Of a stretch of 64,000 nucleotides of DNA, positions 37,957-49,298 are shown piece by piece. This DNA is from Escherichia coli (GTDB taxonomy: Bacteria > Pseudomonadota > Gammaproteobacteria > Enterobacterales > Enterobacteriaceae), in assembly GCF_030013595.1 (NCBI RefSeq), contig NZ_CP122768.1, one strand, 5' to 3'. How positions within the stretch are numbered: position 1 is the stretch's first letter; the number at the start of each line of letters is the position of its first letter. Position numbers and translations under genes: made by a program. The notes beneath the pieces are model-generated. The model did no database searches. It was not told the DNA's origin and saw only the letters and a program-made list of their open reading frames with translations.

Positions 37957-38820
37957 ATGAAACAACACCAATCGGCGGATAATTCTCAGGGCCAGCTTTA
38001 CATTGTACCGACGCCAATCGGCAATCTGGCGGATATCACCCAGCGTGCGTTGGAGGTATTACAGGCCGTTGATCTGATTGCCGCCGAGGATACGCGTCAC
38101 ACCGGTTTATTGCTGCAACATTTTGGGATTAATGCTCGGTTGTTTGCGCTGCACGACCATAACGAACAACAAAAAGCCGAAACGCTGCTGGCGAAGCTGC
38201 AAGAGGGGCAAAACATTGCGCTGGTTTCCGATGCCGGAACGCCTCTAATTAACGATCCTGGCTACCATCTGGTGCGTACCTGCCGTGAAGCGGGGATTCG
38301 CGTGGTGCCGCTACCCGGGCCGTGTGCTGCTATCACTGCGTTAAGCGCCGCGGGTTTACCATCCGATCGTTTTTGTTATGAAGGCTTTTTACCTGCCAAA
38401 TCAAAAGGCCGCCGTGATGCGCTAAAAGCCATTGAAGCGGAGCCGCGCACGCTGATTTTTTATGAATCTACCCACCGTCTGTTAGATAGCCTGGAAGATA
38501 TCGTAGCGGTATTAGGCGAATCCCGCTATGTCGTTCTGGCGCGTGAGCTGACCAAAACCTGGGAAACCATTCACGGCGCGCCCGTTGGCGAGCTGCTGGC
38601 GTGGGTCAAAGAAGATGAAAACCGTCGCAAAGGCGAAATGGTACTGATTGTCGAAGGCCATAAAGCACAGGAAGAAGACTTACCCGCTGATGCCCTGCGC
38701 ACGCTGGCGCTGTTGCAGGCAGAACTGCCACTGAAAAAAGCGGCGGCGCTGGCAGCAGAAATTCACGGCGTGAAGAAAAATGCGCTGTATAAGTATGCAC
38801 TGGAGCAGCAGGGAGAGTGA
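37957..38820 (+). CDS. rsmI: 16S rRNA C1402 2'-O-methyltransferase
   Basis: 287-aa ORF matching E. coli RsmI; divergent from lpoA. Confidence 0.93.
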
Positions 38821-38869
38821 TTACAGGCGTCGCAGCAGGAATAGCGTTGCAACGCCTGTAGCAGGCGAG

Positions 38870-39637
38870 TTAACGACGACACATCTCATCAATCATGCAT
38901 GTGAAATAGTTATGCAGCCATAAAAATGAAGCCGGGATAGCGGTAGAGACTTTAGCCGTGAGAAAACGTTCTGTCGCATCCTGCTTTCCTTCGCCAGTCA
39001 CCAGTAACAAAACTTCGCGGGCATTGAGAATATCCTTCAGGCCTAAGGTGATCCCACGAGTCACGGGACGGCCCGCGGTTTTTAACATCTCATGTTGCTG
39101 TGTTCTGGCATCAAGTTGACTGATATGGCAGGCCGGTTGCAGGTTTTCTCCCGGTTCGTTCAGCCCAAGATGACCGTTTTTCCCCAATCCGAGAACGCAT
39201 AAATCCAGACCGCCTTTGCGCGCAATCAGGTTCGTTACCCGTTCGCACTCTGTCTCATTTATCTCTTCGGAGCGAAAGCTGATGAGCTGGTCTTCACGTA
39301 GCCCCAGCGGCTGCACGATATGCTGTTGCAGGAAAGTTTCGCAGGTACCAGGCATCGTTAATGGCAGATCCACCCATTCGTCGAGCTTCACGAAGGTGAG
39401 CTGGCTGACATCAACCTGCTGCTGGTGGATTTTTTCTACCAGATAATGATACGTCAGTAATGGCGTGGCTCCGGTCGCCAGGCAAATCACGGCATCCGGT
39501 TTGCTACGGATCACGGCCAATAAATATTCGCTGGCACGTTCACTTAACGCCGTATAGTTTTCAACTTGTTGAAGGGTTTGCACAGGATGAAATTCCTTAA
39601 GTAAAGAGGCACCGCCAGACGCAGTGCCTCGTTCCAT
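38870..39637 (-). CDS. agaI: Galactosamine-6-phosphate deaminase/isomerase (NagB-like)
   Basis: 255-aa ORF, last gene of the aga cluster; start not independently verified. Confidence 0.85.
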   Translation of the reverse strand: MERGTASGGASLLKEFHPVQTLQQVENYTALSERASEYLLAVIRSKPDAVICLATGATPLLTYHYLVEKIHQQQVDVSQLTFVKLDEWVDLPLTMPGTCETFLQQHIVQPLGLREDQLISFRSEEINETECERVTNLIARKGGLDLCVLGLGKNGHLGLNEPGENLQPACHISQLDARTQQHEMLKTAGRPVTRGITLGLKDILNAREVLLLVTGEGKQDATERFLTAKVSTAIPASFLWLHNYFTCMIDEMCRR

Positions 39638-40429
39638 TTACAAAATGCCGAATGCGGAACAAACAATAGAGAGCACAAAAGTCACGCCGATTAACAGCAC
39701 CGGATGCGCTTTTTTCACCCGCAGGAAGTAATACATCAGCAGGGTGTAGGCCATCGGTAAAATATTCGGGAAGACTTTATCGAAGAAATCCTGCTGCAGC
39801 GCGACGCTGTGGGTACTGTCGATGGCAAACGATGTCACCACGTTAATATGCACATACGAAGCGATCAGTCCGCCGATTACCGTGATCCCGAGGATGGTTG
39901 CCGAACGAGCAATCATCTGCGAGTTCTCTCGCACTTTATCGATCGCCTTCACGCCGACTGAATAACCGACGTGGGTCCAGCCGACGCGCAGGAAGAAGAT
40001 AAGCAGGTAAACGGCGAAAAATAGAATCGGCCCCAGCAAGTTTCCCTGGCTGGCAAATGATGAGCAAATTCCCGCCATAATCGGCAATAAGGTAAACCAG
40101 AAAATCGCATCGCCAATCCCGGCGATTGGGCCAAACAGTGCCACTTTGAGGCCTTTAATGGTGTCGCGGTTTTCTCCTTTTTCTTCCATCGAAATTAATA
40201 ACCCCATCAGGAATCCGACCAGATTCGGGTGGGTATTAATAAATTCGAGGTTATCTTTCATCGCCGCGCTTAGGCCCGGTTTGTCGTCCTTATAAATCTT
40301 TTTCAGGATCGGCAACATCGCCCAGGTAAAACCGCCCGCCTGCATCCTTTCGTAGTTAAAGCTCGCTTGCAGCAGTGACGAACGAAAGCCCAGACGGGTG
40401 ATATCTTTTTTACTGATTTCAGATCCCAT
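39638..40429 (-). CDS. agaD: PTS galactosamine-specific EIID component
   Basis: Start placed at MGSEISKKDITRLGF (263 aa); overlaps the agaC stop, consistent with translational coupling. Confidence 0.88.
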   Translation of the reverse strand: MGSEISKKDITRLGFRSSLLQASFNYERMQAGGFTWAMLPILKKIYKDDKPGLSAAMKDNLEFINTHPNLVGFLMGLLISMEEKGENRDTIKGLKVALFGPIAGIGDAIFWFTLLPIMAGICSSFASQGNLLGPILFFAVYLLIFFLRVGWTHVGYSVGVKAIDKVRENSQMIARSATILGITVIGGLIASYVHINVVTSFAIDSTHSVALQQDFFDKVFPNILPMAYTLLMYYFLRVKKAHPVLLIGVTFVLSIVCSAFGIL

Positions 40430-41222
40430 TGCTGTAGTCCTCTTCTTCATTTTTACTGGCAACGGGCTGCGGTTGCGCTTGCTGCCGGGATTTCGCATTG
40501 AAAAACTCATACACCGCAAAGCCTGCGCCCAGTACGGCAACCGGCAACAGGTTGCTGACCTGGATGTAGCAAACAAACAGGAAACCGGCGATCAGGTAAG
40601 GGATATATTGCGCTTTGAACATTACGCGCAGCAGCAAGCCAAAACCAACGGCAGGCAGAATACCGCCAGCCACTTCAAAGCCGTGGGTCAGCCAGGCGGG
40701 CATCGCTTTCACCAGCGCCTGCATCGCCCCTTGTGCCAGGTAAGTACAGAGGAAAGCAATCACCGCATACGCTGAAGCAACGATGAGCATCGTTGTCCAG
40801 TTAAGTCGGGAAAACGCTGCCGTATCCGCTTCTTTCGCGCATTTATCGGCTTTGGTCATAAATAATGAGAAAGCAGAATAGAAGAACAGAATGACATACT
40901 GCATTAACAAACTAAACGGCAGGCCAAGACCAATTGCTGTTTTGGCATCAACGCCCGTAGACCATGCAATGACGGTGGTCATCAGACCCGCCATAATCGG
41001 GTTGGGCGGCTGAACACCACCTGCAGGGGTTAATCCGGCGAAAGCCAACTCTGTCAGACCACCGGTAATTAAGCCAGTCTGAATATCACCGAGAATAGCG
41101 CCAGTTAGGGTACAAACGATTATCGGGCGGAATAAAAATAAGGCTTCCAGCCAAAAATCAATCCCCAGAACGAAAACTAACGCCGCCAGGGATAATCCCT
41201 GAAGTAGGGTTATTTCATGCAT
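40419..41222 (-). CDS. agaC: PTS galactosamine-specific EIIC component
   Basis: 267-aa membrane ORF of the mannose-family IIC type. Confidence 0.9.
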   Translation of the reverse strand: MHEITLLQGLSLAALVFVLGIDFWLEALFLFRPIIVCTLTGAILGDIQTGLITGGLTELAFAGLTPAGGVQPPNPIMAGLMTTVIAWSTGVDAKTAIGLGLPFSLLMQYVILFFYSAFSLFMTKADKCAKEADTAAFSRLNWTTMLIVASAYAVIAFLCTYLAQGAMQALVKAMPAWLTHGFEVAGGILPAVGFGLLLRVMFKAQYIPYLIAGFLFVCYIQVSNLLPVAVLGAGFAVYEFFNAKSRQQAQPQPVASKNEEEDYSNGI

Positions 41223-41260
41223 TTTTATTACCTCAAACCAATATTAAGGCGATTTTAGAT

Positions 41261-41737
41261 TTAGTCAGGGATTTGTTCTTTTTGATCGCCAGGGACGTCC
41301 TGAATGAAAACATTCACGCCACGTTGTTTAATAAAACGTAAGTCCGTGAGATCCTGGTCATCGACATAAACTTTACTGCTGATTTGCTTTTTCCCTTCCG
41401 AGAAATGCATATTGCCGACGTTGACATCTTTCAGGTCAATGCCACCTTCTACCAATTTACGTACCGTTTGTGGCGTGCGGCAAATCAGGAAGATCTTCTG
41501 ATGCGGTGCAGCTTTGCCGATGACGTTAATGGTTTTTTCGATAGTAAAGAAACGAATGCCAAAGCCGTAGGTTTCCGCGGTAATACCCATTAATTTCTGT
41601 TGAATATCATCGTTAGCGACAACATCATCCACGACTACCAGCAGATTTGCACCGATGGTGGATGTCCAGGTCACGCCAACCTGACCGTGAACCAGACGGT
41701 TATCAATACGGGTTAAGAGAATATTTGGACTGCTCAT
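41261..41737 (-). CDS. agaB: PTS galactosamine-specific EIIB component
   Basis: 158-aa ORF with the mannose-family IIB phospho-His region (LLTRIDNRLVHGQV). Confidence 0.9.
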   Translation of the reverse strand: MSSPNILLTRIDNRLVHGQVGVTWTSTIGANLLVVVDDVVANDDIQQKLMGITAETYGFGIRFFTIEKTINVIGKAAPHQKIFLICRTPQTVRKLVEGGIDLKDVNVGNMHFSEGKKQISSKVYVDDQDLTDLRFIKQRGVNVFIQDVPGDQKEQIPD

Positions 41738-41903
41738 TGTGTAATCCTCACCATAAAGTTGAATAATATAATTTTTTTAAATATATTATTGTTGCGGTAT
41801 TGTACTGATGTATTTATTAAGGTTTAGTTATCTCCTTTACCATTAAGGCACTCCCCGATATTAATCGGGAAGTACATTGGGATAAATCATAAAAAACTAA
41901 TGA

Positions 41904-42776
<873 letters not shown>

Positions 42777-43931
42777 TTATGCCTGCCACGGATGAATGAT
42801 TACGCCTTGCACCACGCGGTTAACGGTGCCGCTGGCTGATGGGGTATCCGGCGTATTGCCCATGTGCAGCGACTGCATCAGTGCAAACGTCTGGGCGTAC
42901 ATCAGGAAGCAAAATGCCTGCTCAACGTCGATAAAGTGACGGGACGGCGGCAGGATGATATGTGGACCGGCGGTAATAACGTCGTTGCTTTCCGCGGCGA
43001 TAGCGATTACGCGTATCGCCTGGTTATCGCGGCGAAGTTCAGCCAGCAGATCAAGATCATACTGACGGGTGTAAGGGTGGCTGGAGACAAATACCACCAC
43101 CAGCGTTTCGTTATCGACCAGCGATTTCGGGCCATGACGGAATCCGGTCGGGGAATCATAAAAGGCCGCCAGTTTACCCGCCGTCAGTTCCAGCACTTTC
43201 AGCGCCGACTCGCGTGCTGCGCCCTGTAAGCCACCGCTGCCGAGATAAACGATCCGTTTCCACGGTGCGTAACCAAACACACCTTCGCTGAAATCGCCCA
43301 GTGAGGTCAGGATCGCCTGGCAACGTTCCGCCACGTCGCGGAAGCTCTGGCTGTTGATCGTCTCAGGTGCGAAAACCGCGAGGCAGCTGGCCATCATGGT
43401 GGTAATGCTGCTGGTCATCGCAAAGCCGCGATCGTGCGTTTCTGCGGGCATCAGCAGGGCAAACGCGTTGTCGCTGTTGATCGCATTTTGGTAAAGAGCG
43501 CCCGCTTCGTTGCAGGTGATCGGCAGGTGATAGCACTCGGGTACAAATTGATTTGCCAGTTCCACGGCGGCGACGCTTTCCGGGCTGTTGCCGGATCGAC
43601 CGAAGGAGATCAACAGCAGTGGATGAGCTGGATTCAGGTAGTCCATCGGATTGGTGACCAGATCGGTGGTCGGTACGGCGCTGAAGTTTTTACCTGTATG
43701 GCTGGCGAGCCACGGCGCGATGATGTCACCGATAAATGCCGAGGTTCCGGCTCCGGTCAGGATTACCCGCAGATTCTCTTTGCGCAGTAACGGTTCAAGG
43801 AAGTTATTGAGCGCGGGACGTAGCGCGTCGATGTTGGTGAGTGAACGGATCCATGCGCGAGGCTGATGGCGGATCTCTTCTTCAGTCCATGTACCGGTTG
43901 CGGCAGCAGCAGGGGTGTAATTTTCTGGCAT
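42777..43931 (-). CDS. agaS: SIS-domain sugar isomerase/deaminase AgaS
   Basis: 384-aa ORF with tandem SIS domains. Confidence 0.9.
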   Translation of the reverse strand: MPENYTPAAAATGTWTEEEIRHQPRAWIRSLTNIDALRPALNNFLEPLLRKENLRVILTGAGTSAFIGDIIAPWLASHTGKNFSAVPTTDLVTNPMDYLNPAHPLLLISFGRSGNSPESVAAVELANQFVPECYHLPITCNEAGALYQNAINSDNAFALLMPAETHDRGFAMTSSITTMMASCLAVFAPETINSQSFRDVAERCQAILTSLGDFSEGVFGYAPWKRIVYLGSGGLQGAARESALKVLELTAGKLAAFYDSPTGFRHGPKSLVDNETLVVVFVSSHPYTRQYDLDLLAELRRDNQAIRVIAIAAESNDVITAGPHIILPPSRHFIDVEQAFCFLMYAQTFALMQSLHMGNTPDTPSASGTVNRVVQGVIIHPWQA

Positions 43932-44120
43932 AACTCAATCCTTAGTCTGATGAACTTGACGTCGGGCGTTGTCGCTTTCGCTTACCTTTCGTTTCATTTC
44001 ACTTGGTGATGTCTTTCGTTGATTAAAATCTATAGAAAAGAAACTGAAAGTTCAATGGAGAAAAAAGAAATAAAACGAAATTTGTGATCGTTGAAAGAAA
44101 AGACAAGGGAAGATTAAAGA
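43932..44120 (-). promoter_or_regulatory. agaS promoter region with repeated CTTTCG/CGAAAG motifs (candidate AgaR operator)
   Basis: ctttcgcttacctttcgtttcatttcac, ctttcgttgatt, aaacgaaatttg, gttgaaagaaaag; the same motif family recurs in the agaR-kbaZ intergenic region. Confidence 0.5.
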
Positions 44121-44142
44121 ATTGCATGATGACGTTGCTATG

Positions 44143-44212
44143 TGCACCGATTGCCGGATGCGGCGTACCGTAGGTCGCATAAGACGCGTCAGCGTCGCAT
44201 CCGACACCGCTG
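44143..44212. repeat. REP-like palindromic element between agaA and agaS
   Basis: gccggatgcggcgtaccgtaggtcgcataagacgcgtcagcgtcgcatccgac. Confidence 0.45.
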
Positions 44213-44281
44213 CACAGATCAAAAAGAAAGAAAAAGAAAGGCCTTACGGGGGAAGTGAAGGCCCAATAAAGGAGCAAACCA

Positions 44282-45415
44282 TCAAAACGAAGCTAATTGA
44301 CCCTGAATCCAGATTTGTTGCACATGCAGCCCGCTATCCAGCGCAACGACGCTGGCGCGTTTGCCCGGTTTAAGCGATCCCAGAACATCATCAACACCCA
44401 GCATACGCGCCGGATGCAGCGACGCCATATGGATGGCTTCCGCAGGCGTTACGTCCGTCAACTCGACCATATTGCGCACTGCCGCATCAACAGACAGCGT
44501 ACTGCCCGCCAGTCCACCGGACGCGGTACGGACAACGCCACCGTGCATCTGCACTTCTTCGCCACATAACGTATAGCGACCATCCGGCATCCCGGCTGCC
44601 TGCATCGCGTCGGTGATCAGCACGATTCTCTCTTTCGCACAGCAACAACACAGCGACATCGCCGCCGGATGCACATGATGACCATCGGCTATCAGTTCCA
44701 GCCAGGCGCGCTTGTCCGTTAATCCCGCGCCAACCATTCCCGGTTCGCGGTGATGTAAACCTGTCATCCCGTTATAGCAATGCACCAGGCCGTCGGCACC
44801 AGCGTCAAACGCGGCACGGGTTTGTTGCCAGGTCGCCGCGCTATGCCCCAGTATCACCCGTACGTTTTGCTGTTTAAGATGGCGGATGGCCTGCAATGCC
44901 CCTTCTTTTTCCGGTGCCAGCGCTACCACGCGCAAGGTGTGCTGAGAAACGGCAATCAATTGATCCAGCTCGGCAATTTCCAGCTCGCGAAACAGCTCCG
45001 GCGGATGCGCGCCTTTATTCTGCGGCGTGAAGTACGGTCCTTCGAGATAACTCCCCAGCACTTGCGCACCAGGTCCGCCGCGTTGGCAACGTTGAGCAAT
45101 ACGTTTCAGCGCCGCATGAATGGTATTAAGCGGCGCGGTTACGGTGGTCGGTAACCAACTGCCGACACCTTCGCGTGCTTTGTGCATTGCCAGCTTGTCG
45201 AGCACATCCGGCGCGTCATCCATTACATCAACGCCCGCACCACCATGTACATGGGTGTCGATGTAAGCGGGGCAGAGCAGTTCCGCATCGCGTTCAGTCA
45301 CGCCCACTGGAATCGGTTCGATTGCTGAGATTACACCGTCAGCAATACGCAACTGATGGTCATCGAGCCATCCCTCTTCAGTCAGCAGCCTTCTGGCGCG
45401 CAGAACGTGTGTCAT
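44282..45415 (-). CDS. agaA: N-acetylgalactosamine-6-phosphate deacetylase, full length
   Basis: Start placed at MTHVLRARRLL (377 aa); NagA-like metal-binding motifs; uninterrupted frame. Confidence 0.9.
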   Translation of the reverse strand: MTHVLRARRLLTEEGWLDDHQLRIADGVISAIEPIPVGVTERDAELLCPAYIDTHVHGGAGVDVMDDAPDVLDKLAMHKAREGVGSWLPTTVTAPLNTIHAALKRIAQRCQRGGPGAQVLGSYLEGPYFTPQNKGAHPPELFRELEIAELDQLIAVSQHTLRVVALAPEKEGALQAIRHLKQQNVRVILGHSAATWQQTRAAFDAGADGLVHCYNGMTGLHHREPGMVGAGLTDKRAWLELIADGHHVHPAAMSLCCCCAKERIVLITDAMQAAGMPDGRYTLCGEEVQMHGGVVRTASGGLAGSTLSVDAAVRNMVELTDVTPAEAIHMASLHPARMLGVDDVLGSLKPGKRASVVALDSGLHVQQIWIQGQLASF

Positions 45416-45846
45416 ATTCCTTCCTCGACCGGACATTCTTCATGGCAGCGGCCTAACTCGTCCACCAAACTGGTCAGCCCACGGTGTCCACACTCCAGCG
45501 CCTGCACACGGAACTCTTCACCGCTTAACCCTTCGCGCTCCAGCACCATCTCCAGTAGCAGTTGCAAATTGGTGCCGGTGATCACTTCACAGCCCGGTTT
45601 TTGCATCGCCAGCGTTGAAGCTACGCGAAACGGCGTGCCGCCCAGCAAATCCGTCAGAAAAACAATGCCGTCTTCACAATCGAGTTGGGCGATGGCCTCT
45701 TCAAGCTGCGATGTAAGCTGCGCGGTGCTTGAGGTTTCGGGAAAATCGATGGCAATAAACTGCGATTGCTCGCCGAGGATTTGCTTCATTGCTTTTTCCA
45801 TGCCACTGGCAAATCCGCCATGCCCTGTCAAAATAATACTTAACAT
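45412..45846 (-). CDS. agaF: PTS N-acetylgalactosamine-specific EIIA component
   Basis: 144-aa mannose-family IIA ORF, overlapping the agaA start by 4 nt. Confidence 0.9.
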   Translation of the reverse strand: MLSIILTGHGGFASGMEKAMKQILGEQSQFIAIDFPETSSTAQLTSQLEEAIAQLDCEDGIVFLTDLLGGTPFRVASTLAMQKPGCEVITGTNLQLLLEMVLEREGLSGEEFRVQALECGHRGLTSLVDELGRCHEECPVEEGI

Positions 45847-45863
45847 CTAATACCTCATTGTAT

Positions 45864-46748
45864 TTAAAGGAAATGACAGAATTTACCGACGATGCCGAGT
45901 ACCACGGTAACTGCAATCAGGCGCAGCGGACTCCAGCCGCGGCGTACCAGCCAGAACATGGTCAGGGTGTAGACCAGCGGTAAGAAGGCAGGCATCAGTT
46001 TGTCGATAACATCAGCCTGTAACTTAACCACTGCGTCGCCAGCGGTGATTTCCAGCGTGGTGCTTAAACGAACATAGGTTGCCACCAGCGCGCCGATTAC
46101 CGTCATCCCAACGATTGACGCAGCATGGCCGACTTTTTTGGTATTCGCTTTAATGAGTGGAATCGCCGCCACGCCCATGCGGTAAGCATAATGCGCCAGA
46201 CCAAAACGCAGCCCCAGGTGTACCACGTTGAACAGAACAATAAATACGACTGCGCCAAGAATGGAGCCTTGTAATGCCAGACTGGCACCAATCCCGCCAC
46301 AAATCGGCAGTAGCGTTAGCCAGAACATCGCATCGCCAATCCCGCCAAGCGGCGCACCGACGGCAATTTTGGTGCTCTGAATACTGTTAACGTCCTGCTT
46401 AGAACGCTCCATCGCAAGGATAATGCCGATAACAAACGTCACCAGAAACGGATGGGTATTGAAGAAACCCATATGCCCCTTCATGGCGCGCGCCAGGTCG
46501 CGTTTATTAGTGTGGATCTTTTTCAGAGCAGGCAGCAGACCGTACAACCAGCCGGAAGCCTGCATACGTTCGTAGTTAAAAGACGCTTGTAACAGCATGG
46601 AACGCCAGGCGACGCGGTTGATATCTTTTTTTGTCAGCTCCGCGCCAATACTCTGATCTTCATACACGTTTTCATTGACGCCTGTCAGCAGTGTTTCTTC
46701 GTTTTCACTGACGTTCGGCAGGGTGGTTTGATTAGATGCCATCTTCAA
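45864..46748 (-). CDS. agaE: PTS N-acetylgalactosamine-specific EIID component
   Basis: 294-aa ORF, paralogue of agaD. Confidence 0.9.
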   Translation of the reverse strand: MKMASNQTTLPNVSENEETLLTGVNENVYEDQSIGAELTKKDINRVAWRSMLLQASFNYERMQASGWLYGLLPALKKIHTNKRDLARAMKGHMGFFNTHPFLVTFVIGIILAMERSKQDVNSIQSTKIAVGAPLGGIGDAMFWLTLLPICGGIGASLALQGSILGAVVFIVLFNVVHLGLRFGLAHYAYRMGVAAIPLIKANTKKVGHAASIVGMTVIGALVATYVRLSTTLEITAGDAVVKLQADVIDKLMPAFLPLVYTLTMFWLVRRGWSPLRLIAVTVVLGIVGKFCHFL

Positions 46749-47511
46749 ATTCCTCTTTCTGTGCCGCAGGTTGAGTCGGTTCAGGAGATTTACGCAGCAG
46801 GTCGATCAGCGCCATCGCCAGCGCGGCGGCAGCAATAGCCAGCACCGGTAACTTGAGCCAGGCTGCGGCAACAAAGCCCAGGATGAAGTAGGGGATGTAG
46901 ACGTTTTTCATCATGATTTTCAGCAGCACGGCAAAACCGATTGCTGGCATGATGCCGCCCGCGACGCCGAGGCCGTCGATTAATCGTTGCGGCAGGACAT
47001 CAATGATGGTTTTGGCATGTTCTGCGCCGAAGTAGATAGGCAGGAAAGCGCAGAGAAAATAGAAAGTGCCGAGTGCCAACAGTGCCAGATAGTTCACGCG
47101 TTCAATGCCGCGTGTATCGGCGTTCTCCGCCATCCGGTCGCAGCGGGACATTACGCCAGACATCACCGAGAACAGGAAGGTAATCCCCATCTGTACTGCG
47201 ACAGCGAAAGGTACGGCGACACCGACCGCGACATCGGGTTTCACGCCAGTAGTAATGGCAAACGCCGTGCCGACGATAGTACCGATAATCACGTTAGGCG
47301 GCTGTGCGCCCGCCAGCGGGGCCAGCCCCATCCACACCAGTTCCAGCGTACCGCCGGTTAAAATACCGGTATGCAGATCGCCAAGTACCAGCCCGACTAA
47401 CGGGCCGAGGACCACCGGGCGGTGCATATGGGTTAAGCCGTTAAACATATCCAGGCCAGCGATAAAGGCGATAATGCCCAACGCGAATGCCTGCAACAGA
47501 CTGATTTCCAT
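46732..47511 (-). CDS. agaW: PTS N-acetylgalactosamine-specific EIIC component, full length
   Basis: 259-aa membrane ORF, paralogue of agaC, uninterrupted. Confidence 0.9.
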   Translation of the reverse strand: MEISLLQAFALGIIAFIAGLDMFNGLTHMHRPVVLGPLVGLVLGDLHTGILTGGTLELVWMGLAPLAGAQPPNVIIGTIVGTAFAITTGVKPDVAVGVAVPFAVAVQMGITFLFSVMSGVMSRCDRMAENADTRGIERVNYLALLALGTFYFLCAFLPIYFGAEHAKTIIDVLPQRLIDGLGVAGGIMPAIGFAVLLKIMMKNVYIPYFILGFVAAAWLKLPVLAIAAAALAMALIDLLRKSPEPTQPAAQKEEFEDGI

Positions 47512-47521
47512 GATGAATCCC

Positions 47522-47995
47522 TCAAAGTAATTTAAAGAGGTCCACAGCAGGCTCTGTCGGGACGCCCTGAACGAAGCATTCCACCCCAGCGGCTTTCAGG
47601 TCGTTAAATGCTGCGATATCGCCCGCATCCACAGAAACCGTTTTGGCGATTTGTTGCTTGCCATTGGCGTAGTGCATATTGCCAACGTTAATGCGATTCA
47701 CCGGAACGCCACCTTTCACCAGCGTCAGGAAATCGGCAGGTGTTTTACAAACCAGCAGGATTTTCTGTCGATCGGCGGCGCGATGAATGTTGTCGATGAC
47801 TTTTTGCAGCGTCCAGAAACGTACGGCGATCCCTTCTGCCAGTACCATTTCCATCAGGTTTTGTTGTACCGGATCTTCGGCAACCTCATCGTTGGCTACC
47901 AGCACCAGATTTGCCCCCGCAAATCCGACCCACTGAACGCCGACCTGACCGTGAATCAAGCGTTCATCAATCCGGCTTAAAACAATATTTGGCAT
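47522..47995 (-). CDS. agaV: PTS N-acetylgalactosamine-specific EIIB component
   Basis: Start placed at MPNIVLSRIDERLIHGQ (157 aa). Confidence 0.9.
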   Translation of the reverse strand: MPNIVLSRIDERLIHGQVGVQWVGFAGANLVLVANDEVAEDPVQQNLMEMVLAEGIAVRFWTLQKVIDNIHRAADRQKILLVCKTPADFLTLVKGGVPVNRINVGNMHYANGKQQIAKTVSVDAGDIAAFNDLKAAGVECFVQGVPTEPAVDLFKLL

Positions 47996-48017
47996 AGCGT
48001 GTTCCTCTTTGTTTTGC

Positions 48018-49298
48018 TTATTGGCCTTCACAGGCTGTGTGGTACTGCGCCAGGATGTCCTGAATATGGTTGATAATGAGTTCCCGTGGCGTCGGTTGCA
48101 GCTCGCCGGAGCGAACTTTCACGTACTGCAGCGGCAGATACTGACTGATCAGCGGTAGCGGAATTGGTGAATCCGCCAGATTACGAACCAGATGAGCGAA
48201 AGCGTCATCAATCTGGCTGTCTGGCCAGTAATAGCGCACGCGATCTGAGTAGCTATAACCACGCGCCAGACGACGCGCGTTGCCGTCACCGTGGTAGTGG
48301 CTTTGCCAGTATTCCGGGCGGTCGAGCATCACGTTTTCCAGCACCTGACGCAGACCAGAACAGGCTTTTGCTGGCACCAGTTCTTCTTCAATCGCTGCCA
48401 GAGAGAACAGAGCTTCACGCAGGGCGAAGGTCAGCGCCGGGCCAACTTTCAGAATGGCAAAGTGGTCAATCACCAGCTGGCGCAGCGATTGCGGCGTTTG
48501 ATAATCGGTAGAGTGCGCTTCGAAAATCAGCGTTTCGTAGTTTTCGACCATCTGGCTTAAGGCGGTCGCTTTAGCTGGCTGATAATCAATAACGTTGGTG
48601 TGATCGAATTCGACGCCGGGTTGTACCACCAGAGCAATGATGCGTGGCCAGATGGCACTCAGACCTTGCTTTTCAAAGGCGTGACGATGGGCTTCCAGCG
48701 TGGCACGGGCGGCATCCGGCGTGGTGACCGCCAGCTCGCTTAAGGTTTCATGCGCGCCGCCAGGTACCGGTACTTCGGTCCCAATGACATACACGAGATC
48801 GGCTTCGCCAAAGTGTTCACGACAGGTTTCTTCCGCCACTTTCGCCAGACGTGCGGCGCGTTCAGCCACGATGTCATCAGTTAAGGGAACCGGATCGTCC
48901 TGACAGGACATGCTGCAATCAAGGTGAATTTTTTTGAATCCTGCCGCCACGTAGCTTTTAATCAAATCATCGGCATTGGCCATTGCCTGAGCGGCAGGCA
49001 GGCTTTGCCAGCGGTTTGGACCCAGATGGTCGCCACCCAGAATCAACGCATCCTGTGGGAAATTCAACGAGTCGGCGAGCTGACAAACAAAGCCGCGAAA
49101 ATCGGCGGGCGTCATTCCGGTATAACCGCCGAACTGGTCCACCTGATTGGAGGTTGCTTCAATCAGTAACGGCGTTTGGTTTGCACTGGCGTAGCGGATT
49201 GCAGCTTCCAGCACCAGCGGATGTGCGGAACAAACGGCATAAATCCCATTTGTTTTGCCCTCTTTGTGCTGTCTCACCATTTCTGTCAGATGTTTCAC
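48018..49298 (-). CDS. kbaZ: Tagatose-bisphosphate aldolase non-catalytic subunit KbaZ
   Basis: 426-aa ORF of the GatZ/KbaZ family. Confidence 0.92.
   Translation of the reverse strand: MKHLTEMVRQHKEGKTNGIYAVCSAHPLVLEAAIRYASANQTPLLIEATSNQVDQFGGYTGMTPADFRGFVCQLADSLNFPQDALILGGDHLGPNRWQSLPAAQAMANADDLIKSYVAAGFKKIHLDCSMSCQDDPVPLTDDIVAERAARLAKVAEETCREHFGEADLVYVIGTEVPVPGGAHETLSELAVTTPDAARATLEAHRHAFEKQGLSAIWPRIIALVVQPGVEFDHTNVIDYQPAKATALSQMVENYETLIFEAHSTDYQTPQSLRQLVIDHFAILKVGPALTFALREALFSLAAIEEELVPAKACSGLRQVLENVMLDRPEYWQSHYHGDGNARRLARGYSYSDRVRYYWPDSQIDDAFAHLVRNLADSPIPLPLISQYLPLQYVKVRSGELQPTPRELIINHIQDILAQYHTACEGQ

Noticed and set aside
43932-44120. Possibility that the CTTTCG repeat clusters (here and at 49299-49546) are a CRISPR array
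   Set aside because: The repeats are 6-9 bp, irregularly spaced and partly inverted, with no 28-37 bp repeat/spacer periodicity and no cas genes; they fit transcription-factor operator arrays.
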